Of a DNA stretch of 64,000 nt, positions 57,334 to 64,000 are shown piece by piece. The first letter of the stretch is position 1; each line of letters starts with the position of its first letter. The notes under the pieces were generated by a model that saw nothing but the letters and a program-made list of their open reading frames with translations, was not told where the DNA came from and searched no databases. Origin of the DNA: Candidatus Eiseniibacteriota bacterium (GTDB taxonomy: Bacteria > Eisenbacteria > RBG-16-71-46); the NCBI GenBank assembly GCA_044223005.1, contig JBGAML010000018.1:32001-96000 (forward strand). The letters run 5' to 3'. A program made the translations under genes and the position numbers.

Positions 57334-58613
57334 TGGCGACCTCGGGCTGGATCCTGGGCGGCGTGCGGACGCCGTTCGCCAAGGCCGGCGGGCCGTTCCG
57401 CCGCGTGCCCTCGTACGAGCTGGGCCGGCTGGCCGCGGCCGAGGCGATCGCGCGCGCCGAGCTGGATCCGGGCCGGATCGACGAGGTGATCTTCGGTCAC
57501 TGCGCCATGCCGTCCGAGGCGGCCAACTCCAGCCGCATCGTCGCCCTGCGCGCGGGGATCCCCGAGCGCGTGCCCGCGTTCACGGTGCACCGCAACTGCG
57601 CCTCCGGCATGGAATCGGTCGCGAGCGCGCTCTACCGCGTGGCGGCCGGCGACGCGCACCTCGTGCTGGCGGGCGGCATGGAGAACATGACCCAGATTCC
57701 GCTGCACTTCTCCACGAAGTACGCGGAATGGCTCGAAGGCCTGATGCGCGCGAAGACGCCGGTGCAGAAGTTCGGCGCGTTCGCGCGTTTCCGGCCCGCC
57801 ATGCTGGCGCCGCGCATCGCACTGGCCGAGGGACTCACGGACCTGGTCTGCGGCCTCAACATGGGCCAGACCGCCGAGGTGCTGGCACGCGAGTTCCGCA
57901 TCACGCGCGAGGAACAGGACGCCTTCGCGTTGCGCAGCCACCAGCGCGCGATCGCCGCGCGCGAGCGGCTCCGCGACGAGATCGTGCCCGTGTTCGCCGC
58001 GCCCGGCTACGAGGCCGTGCGCGACGACGTCGGGCCACGCGACGGCCAGACGATCGAGGCACTGGCGAAGCTCAAGCCCTACTTCGACCGCCGCAACGGC
58101 ACCGTCACGGTCGGCAACGCCTGCTCCGTGACGGACGGCGCGGTCGCGCTGCTCGTCGGCGACGACGAGACCGCGCGGAACTGGCCGGCGCCGCCGCTCG
58201 GGCGCGTGGTCGCGTTCGCGTTCGCGGGGCTCGCGCCCTCGCGCATGGGCCTCGGGCCGGTGTACGCCAGCGCGAAGGCGCTGGCGCGCGCGGGGCTGAC
58301 GCTCGCCGACATGGAGCGCGTCGAGATCAACGAGGCGTTCGCCGCGCAGGTGCTCGTCTGCGTCGCCGCCATGAAATCGCCGGCGTTCGCGCGCGACGAG
58401 CTGGGGCTGGACCGCGCGCTGGGCGAGATCCCCGACGAGATCCTCAACGTGAACGGCGGCGCCATCGCGCTCGGCCATCCGGTGGGCTCGAGCGGCGGGC
58501 GGCTGATCCTGACGCTGCTGCACGAGCTCAAGCGGCGCGGACTCAAGCGCGGGCTCGCGACGCTCTGCGTCGGCGGCGGCCAGGGCGCGGCGTTCGTGCT
58601 GGAGGCGGCATGA
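57333..58613 (+). CDS. fadI: 3-ketoacyl-CoA thiolase (FadI-like)
   Basis: RTPF, NCASG, TDGA, INEAFA, NVNGGAIALGHP.G, CVGGGQG. Confidence 0.9.
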   Translation: MATSGWILGGVRTPFAKAGGPFRRVPSYELGRLAAAEAIARAELDPGRIDEVIFGHCAMPSEAANSSRIVALRAGIPERVPAFTVHRNCASGMESVASALYRVAAGDAHLVLAGGMENMTQIPLHFSTKYAEWLEGLMRAKTPVQKFGAFARFRPAMLAPRIALAEGLTDLVCGLNMGQTAEVLAREFRITREEQDAFALRSHQRAIAARERLRDEIVPVFAAPGYEAVRDDVGPRDGQTIEALAKLKPYFDRRNGTVTVGNACSVTDGAVALLVGDDETARNWPAPPLGRVVAFAFAGLAPSRMGLGPVYASAKALARAGLTLADMERVEINEAFAAQVLVCVAAMKSPAFARDELGLDRALGEIPDEILNVNGGAIALGHPVGSSGGRLILTLLHELKRRGLKRGLATLCVGGGQGAAFVLEAA

Positions 58614-60757
58614 GCGAGGTGTTCCGGATCGAGCCTGCGGCGAACGGCGTCGTCCACCTCGTGATGGACGACCCGGAGCGAAAGGTCAACGTCCTCGACG
58701 AACCGGCGATCGCCGCGCTCGAGGGCGCCCTCACGCAGCTCGAATCGCGTTCCGACGTGGCCGGCGTGGTGCTGCGCAGCGGCAAGAAGGGCTCGTTCAT
58801 CGCGGGCGCCGACATCACCGCGATCGGCTCGCTCACCGACCCCGAGCGCGTGCGCGCGCTCGTCCATCGCGGGCACGTCGCGTTCTCGCGGCTCGCGGCC
58901 CTGCGCGTCCCGACCGTCGCGGCCATCGAGGGCCCGTGCCTCGGCGGCGGCCTGGAGATCGCGCTCGCGTGCGACTCGCGCGTCGCCGCGGAGGAGAAGT
59001 CGCAGATCGGCCTGCCCGAGGTGATGCTCGGGATCTTCCCGGGCTTCGGTGGAACCACGCGCCTGCCGCGGCTCGTGGGCCTGTCCGCCGCGCTCGACCT
59101 GATCCTCACCGGCCGCACGCTCGACGCGAAGCGGGCCGAGAAGATGGGCGTCGTCGCGAAGGCCGTCCCCGCGGCGTGGCTCGTCGAAGGCGCGGAGCGC
59201 CGGCTCGCCGAGATCGCGAAGCGTCCCGCGGCCACGCGCCGCGACGCGTTCCGGCCGCGGAACACGATGCAGCAGCTGCTCGACGCGAATCCGTTCGGCC
59301 GCGCGCTCGTGTTCCAGCAGGCGCGCGCCGGTGTGCTGCGCAAGACGGGCGGGCACTATCCCGCGCCGCTCGCCGCGATCGAGGCGATGCAGCGGGGCCT
59401 CGGCGAGCCGATCGAGCGTGCGCTGCAGTTCGAGGAGCTGGGCGTCGTGCCGCTCGTCGTCGGGCCCGTGTGCAAGAACCTCGTGCGCATCTTCCAGCTC
59501 TCCGAGGACGCCAAGCGCCGCTCGCCGGTCGCCGACGCGTCGATCGCGCCGGCGCCGATCGAGCGGCTCGCGCTGGCCGGCGCCGGCGTGATGGGCGGCG
59601 GCATCGCCGAGCTCGCGTCGCGCTTCGGGATCGAAGTCCGCCTGCGCGACGTGAAGCCGGAGTCGCTGCAGAAGGGGCTCGCGACCGTGCGCGCCGTGCT
59701 CGACGAGCGCGGCCGCAAGCGCCGCACGCCGTCGCGCGAGAAGGACGGACAGATGGCGCGCATCCTGCCGACGCTCGAGCTGACGGGCGTGCGCCACGCC
59801 GACGCCGCGATCGAGGCGGTGGTCGAGGACCTGGACGTGAAGCGCCGCGTGTTCGCCGAACTCGAGGTGCGCCTGCCCGAGACGGCGCTGCTGGCCACCA
59901 ACACGTCGTCGCTGCGTGTGGACGCGCTGGCGGAGGGGCTGCAGCATCCCGGCCGGTTCGTGGGTTTCCACTTCTTCAACCCCGTGCACAAGATGCCGCT
60001 CGTCGAGGTCGTGCGCGGCGCGAAGACGACCGATGCGGCGCTCGTGACCGCGGTGGCGCTCGCGCGCCGGCTCGGCAAGACGCCGGTCGTCGTCAACGAC
60101 TCGCCGGGCTTCGTCGTGAACCGGCTGCTCATGCCGTACCTGCGCGAGGCGATGCACCTCGTGGAGGAGGGCCACGACGTCGAGTTCGTGGACCGCGCGA
60201 TGCGCCGGTTCGGCATGCCCATGGGACCGTTCGAAGTCGTGGACGAGGTCGGCCTCGACGTCGCGAACAAGGTCGCGGGCGTGCTGTCGGCCGCGTTCCC
60301 GGAGCGCATGAAGCCCGCGCCGCTGCTCGAGAAGATGCTCGCGGCGGGCCGCCTGGGCCGCAAGAGCGGGCTCGGCTTCTACCGCCATGCGGGGCGCAAG
60401 CGCACGCCGGATCCGGCGGTGCGCGGACTGCTCGCGCTGCCCGCGGTGCGGTCGGGCGCGAGCGAGGCGCAGGCGACCGAGCGCATGGTGCTGGCGATGA
60501 TCAACGAGGGCGCGCGCTGCCTCGAGGAGCACGTGGTCGCCGATGCCGGTGCGGTGGACGTGGCGATGATCTTCGGCGCCGGCTTCCCGCCCTTCCGCGG
60601 CGGCGTGATGCGCCACGCGGACACGCTCGGACTCGCGAACGTGGTCGCGCGGCTGCGCGCGCTGCGCGCCGAGAAGGGCGTGCGCTTCGAGCCCTGCACG
60701 CTGCTCGTCCGCACCGCCGAATCGGGCGCGACGTTCACGTCGCCGGCCGGGGCATGA
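58610..60757 (+). CDS. fadJ: Fatty acid oxidation complex alpha subunit (enoyl-CoA hydratase/3-hydroxyacyl-CoA dehydrogenase)
   Basis: FIAGADI, CLGGGLE, GLPEV.LG, GAGVMG.GIA, EAVVE, TNTSS, HFFNP, PGF.VNR, GFPPF.GG. Confidence 0.92.
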   Translation: MSEVFRIEPAANGVVHLVMDDPERKVNVLDEPAIAALEGALTQLESRSDVAGVVLRSGKKGSFIAGADITAIGSLTDPERVRALVHRGHVAFSRLAALRVPTVAAIEGPCLGGGLEIALACDSRVAAEEKSQIGLPEVMLGIFPGFGGTTRLPRLVGLSAALDLILTGRTLDAKRAEKMGVVAKAVPAAWLVEGAERRLAEIAKRPAATRRDAFRPRNTMQQLLDANPFGRALVFQQARAGVLRKTGGHYPAPLAAIEAMQRGLGEPIERALQFEELGVVPLVVGPVCKNLVRIFQLSEDAKRRSPVADASIAPAPIERLALAGAGVMGGGIAELASRFGIEVRLRDVKPESLQKGLATVRAVLDERGRKRRTPSREKDGQMARILPTLELTGVRHADAAIEAVVEDLDVKRRVFAELEVRLPETALLATNTSSLRVDALAEGLQHPGRFVGFHFFNPVHKMPLVEVVRGAKTTDAALVTAVALARRLGKTPVVVNDSPGFVVNRLLMPYLREAMHLVEEGHDVEFVDRAMRRFGMPMGPFEVVDEVGLDVANKVAGVLSAAFPERMKPAPLLEKMLAAGRLGRKSGLGFYRHAGRKRTPDPAVRGLLALPAVRSGASEAQATERMVLAMINEGARCLEEHVVADAGAVDVAMIFGAGFPPFRGGVMRHADTLGLANVVARLRALRAEKGVRFEPCTLLVRTAESGATFTSPAGA

Positions 60758-61284
60758 TCGAACCGGAGCGCCTCGAGACGCCGCGACTCCACCTCCGCGC
60801 GATCGTGGAGTCGGACGCGGCGTTCGCGTTCGAGCTCGTCAACGAACCGGACTGGAAGCGCTTCATCGGCGACCGCCAGGTGCACTCGGTGGAGGACGCC
60901 CGGGCGATGATCGCGTCCCGTTGGCGGGCCGCGTACGAGCGGCCCGGCTACGGGTTCCTGCTGGTCGAGCGCCGCGAGGACGCCGAGCCGCTGGGCATCT
61001 GCGGGATCATCCATCGCGACGGCCTCGACGCGCCCGACCTCGGGTTCGCGCTGCTCGCCCGCCACGCCGGGCACGGATACGCGCGCGAGGCGGCCGAGCG
61101 CTTCCTGCGTCATGCGCGCGAAACGCTGCAGCTGCCGCGGCTGCTCGCGATCACGCTGGCGGAGAACACGCGCTCCGTCGCGCTTCTCGAGCGGATCGGG
61201 ATGCGCGACGCGGGCACGGTGCGGCTTCCCGGCGAGGACGTCGACCTGCGGCTCTTCGCGCTCGACCTGCCATCCGCGGGCTGA
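60754..61284 (+). CDS. GNAT (RimJ/RimL-type) N-acetyltransferase
   Basis: ETPRL.LR, FIGDR, DLGFA......G.GYA.EAA, N..S..LL..IG. Confidence 0.9.
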   Translation: MIEPERLETPRLHLRAIVESDAAFAFELVNEPDWKRFIGDRQVHSVEDARAMIASRWRAAYERPGYGFLLVERREDAEPLGICGIIHRDGLDAPDLGFALLARHAGHGYAREAAERFLRHARETLQLPRLLAITLAENTRSVALLERIGMRDAGTVRLPGEDVDLRLFALDLPSAG

Positions 61285-61419
61285 GCCGGGGGACGCCCGG
61301 CCGCCCGTCGCCGCGCCGGGCACTCGGCGCTTGCGCCGGTTCGGACGCATCGGGGAGAGTGCCGCCGTTCGCGCGCACCTCCGTGCGCGGCTCTCGCCCT
61401 CATTCGCCCGGAGCCTCCC

Positions 61420-63210
61420 GTGAAGCGCCTCGCATTCGCCTCTGCCCTCGCCGTACTCGCCGTCCTCGCGCTGCCCACCGCTCCCGCGCGGGCGGCCTCC
61501 GCGATCCAGGAGCGGGCCGACCGCTTCCTCGCGCTGGTCAACTCGACCTACCAGGCGCTCTACACCGTCGAGCAGAAGACGCAGTGGGACGCCGCCACGG
61601 ACGTGAGCGCCGAGCACGACGCGGCCGCCGCAGCGGCCGGCAAGGCGCGCGCGGCGTTCACGGGCAACGCGGCCGTCATCACCGAGGCGCGGGCGCTGCT
61701 CGAGCACGCCTCCGAACTGGATTCGCTCTCCGTGCGCCAGTTGCGCCGGTTGCTGCTCAATGCGGCCGAGGGCCCGATGACCAATCCCGGCCTGGTGGCG
61801 GCACGCATCGACGCCGAGACGAAGCAGGCGTCGACCATGAATGGCTTCACGTTCCAGCTGGACGGCAAGACCGTCACCGCGAACCAGATCGACGACCAGC
61901 TCGTCTCGCTCACCGATCTCGCGCAGCGGCGCAAGGTCTGGGAGGCCTCCAAGGCGATCGGGCCGGCGTTGCGCCCCGGCATGGTCGAGCTGCAGGGCCT
62001 GCGCAACCGGGTTGCGCGCGAGCTCGGTTACCCCGACTACTTCACGCTGCAGGCGGCCAGCCACGACATGACCACGCCCGAGATGCTGGAGATGCAGGAG
62101 AACTTCCTGCGAGAGCTGCGACCGCTCTACCTGCAGCTCTACACGTGGACCAAGTACGAACTCGCGAAGCGCTACCACCAGCCGGTGCCCGGACGCATCC
62201 CGGCGGACTGGCTGCCGAACCGCTGGGCGCAGGAGTGGGAGGCGCTGGTCGAGGTGCCGGGCCTGGACGCGGCGCTCAAGACCCACGACGCGGAATGGAT
62301 CGTGAAGACCGGCGAGCGCTTCTACACGAGCCTCGGGCGCCAGCCGCTGCCGGAATCGTTCTGGCGCGACTCCGATCTCTACCCGGTCGCGCCGCCGTCC
62401 ACGCGCCACAAGAACACGCACGCGTCGTGCTGGGACATGGACCTCGAGCACGACATCCGCTCGCTCATGAGCGTCGAGAGCGACGAGCAGTGGTTCACGA
62501 CGGTCCATCACGAGCTCGGGCACGCCTACTACGACATGGCCTACACGCGACCCGAGATCCCGTACCTGCTGCGCACGGGCGCGAGCCCGGCGTTCCACGA
62601 GGGCTTCGCGGGCGTGGCCGAGGTGGCCTCGCGGCAGACGCCGTACCTGCAGTCGCTCGGCCTGCTGCCCGCCGGCCAGGCGCCCGACGAGGTGCGCACG
62701 CTGCTGCACGACGCGCTCGCGACGGTACCGTTCATGTTCTTCGCTTCCGGTCCCATGACGCACTGGGAAGCGGATGTCTACGCTCACGAACTGCCGCAGG
62801 ACCAGTGGAACGCGCGGTGGTGGAAGTACGTGGAGCAGTACCAGGGTGTGGTGCCGCCGTCGGCGCGTGGCGAGGAGTTCTGCGATCCCGTGACCAAGAC
62901 GCACATCAACGACAACCCGGCCTACTACTACTCGTACGCGGTCGCGACCGTGTTCCAGTACCAGATCTACTGCCATCTCGCGAAGAACGTGCTGCACCAG
63001 GACCCGCACCACTGCAACCTCGCGGGGCACCCGGAGGTCGGGGCGTTCCTCGACGGCATGCAGAAGTGGGGTGCCGCGCGGGACTGGCGCGTGCTGCTGC
63101 GCGAGTCGACGGGCGAGGATCTCTCGACGCGGGCGATGGTCGACTACTACGCCCCGCTCATGAAGTGGCTGCAGAAGCAGAATCGCGGCCGCAAGCTCGG
63201 CTGGGACTGA
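61420..63210 (+). CDS. M2-family peptidyl-dipeptidase (ACE-like), secreted
   Basis: L.N.WAQ.W, HASCWD, TVHHELGH..Y, GASPAFHEG, WN..WW....YQGV.PP, K.HI. Confidence 0.92.
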   Translation: MKRLAFASALAVLAVLALPTAPARAASAIQERADRFLALVNSTYQALYTVEQKTQWDAATDVSAEHDAAAAAAGKARAAFTGNAAVITEARALLEHASELDSLSVRQLRRLLLNAAEGPMTNPGLVAARIDAETKQASTMNGFTFQLDGKTVTANQIDDQLVSLTDLAQRRKVWEASKAIGPALRPGMVELQGLRNRVARELGYPDYFTLQAASHDMTTPEMLEMQENFLRELRPLYLQLYTWTKYELAKRYHQPVPGRIPADWLPNRWAQEWEALVEVPGLDAALKTHDAEWIVKTGERFYTSLGRQPLPESFWRDSDLYPVAPPSTRHKNTHASCWDMDLEHDIRSLMSVESDEQWFTTVHHELGHAYYDMAYTRPEIPYLLRTGASPAFHEGFAGVAEVASRQTPYLQSLGLLPAGQAPDEVRTLLHDALATVPFMFFASGPMTHWEADVYAHELPQDQWNARWWKYVEQYQGVVPPSARGEEFCDPVTKTHINDNPAYYYSYAVATVFQYQIYCHLAKNVLHQDPHHCNLAGHPEVGAFLDGMQKWGAARDWRVLLRESTGEDLSTRAMVDYYAPLMKWLQKQNRGRKLGWD

Positions 63211-63379
63211 AGTTCCGGACGTGGGGGCGCGGCGCCCGCTTGGACCTCGCGGGCGCCGCGTGCAGCCGCTCTCGCCCGCGAGCCGATGCACCGGCGCGCA
63301 GGGCTGCGAGCGTCCCCCGTCCGGCCGGACGATCCGCGGGCCCGCTCCCCTCGGCGGGTGATCCGCGAACCGCCCGGCG

Positions 63380-64000
63380 TCAGCGAATCACGACCACCTT
63401 CCGCGTCGCGCTCTCGCGGCCGAAGTCCAGCCGCGCGAAGTACGCGCCCGCTTCCAGAGTCTGGCCGAGCAGCGGCACGTCGTGCGGTCCCGCGGTCATC
63501 GTCTCGCGTTCCACCAGTGTCGCGACGCGGCGGCCCGAGACGTCGTAGAGCGCGAGGCTCACCGGTCCCGCCGCCGGCAGGTCGAAGTGCACCAGGGCAC
63601 GGGTGCGCACCGGGTTCGGCGCGCTGCGCAGTTCGAAGCGCGAGGCGACCGGCCCGGGCGTCACGTCGAGCACGCTGGAGAGGATGGACAGGTTCGCGGC
63701 GTAGTAGACCGGATTGCGTCCGCCGATCGCCGAGAACGCTCCGCCGACGTAGAGGTTCGCGCCGCTCGCGGCCAGGGCGTAGACGAAGTTGTTGGGACCG
63801 GCGTCCCAGGTCGTCGCCGCGCCGGTCGCGAGCGAAAGGCCGGCGATCCGGTTGCGCGTCTGGCCGCCCACGAAGGTGAACTGCCCGCCCACGTAGAGCG
63901 CGTTGCCCCCGATCGCGAGTGCGCTGACCACGTTGTTGGAGTTGGGATCCCAGGTGGTCGCGACTCCGCTGGTGAGGTCGAGTGCGGCGAGCCGGTTGCG
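63380..64000 (-). CDS. C-terminal part of a repeat (beta-propeller-like) protein with FlgD/T9SS-A-like tail; 5' end lies outside the window
   Basis: Repeats RNR(L/I)A.L.L..G.AT.W...PN..V.AL....LYVGG.F, then APNP...YDVSGRRV...GAYFARL...KVVVIR. Confidence 0.85.
   Translation of the reverse strand, partial: RNRLAALDLTSGVATTWDPNSNNVVSALAIGGNALYVGGQFTFVGGQTRNRIAGLSLATGAATTWDAGPNNFVYALAASGANLYVGGAFSAIGGRNPVYYAANLSILSSVLDVTPGPVASRFELRSAPNPVRTRALVHFDLPAAGPVSLALYDVSGRRVATLVERETMTAGPHDVPLLGQTLEAGAYFARLDFGRESATRKVVVIR

Noticed and set aside
51..63548. Many long alternative-frame or antisense ORFs (e.g. 51-2606, 22385-25144, 30455-33139, 30457-33390, 43705-46503, 60379-63291)
   Set aside because: Arg/Ala/Pro-rich shadows of real genes, expected at very high GC; no motifs or RBS.

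Overview
High-GC bacterial chromosomal window holding about 53 genes, mostly housekeeping. I saw no rRNA, tRNA, CRISPR array, transposase or integrase. Three proteins with FlgD/T9SS-A-like C-terminal tails, the futalosine pathway and the diderm envelope genes suggest an FCB-related lineage such as Ca. Eisenbacteria (inference only). Main content: four dispersed futalosine menaquinone genes (mqnE, mqnA, mqnC, mqnD); a hisGDCHABF(IE) operon; RecQ; an MrfA/MrfB-like repair pair with a methyltransferase between them; hflX, trxA and nnr; many peptidases (M48, M1, M24, M2/ACE-like, rhomboid, CPBP, a secreted gluzincin-like protein); and a divergent fatty-acid uptake/beta-oxidation locus. Best leads: (1) a His-rich leader peptide missing from the ORF track, with a complete attenuator upstream of hisG; (2) a signal-peptide TPR protein resembling eukaryotic RMDN/PTPIP51 inside the fadD-fadL-lipase/fadI-fadJ locus, a candidate periplasmic lipid shuttle; (3) a tandem pair of paralogous exported proteins of unknown family; (4) a zinc-ribbon/Gly-rich/cold-shock fusion with a long structured 5' leader; (5) a DUF885 protein and an alpha/beta hydrolase whose catalytic motifs are both altered. 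Family calls come from motif recognition by eye, with no database searches.
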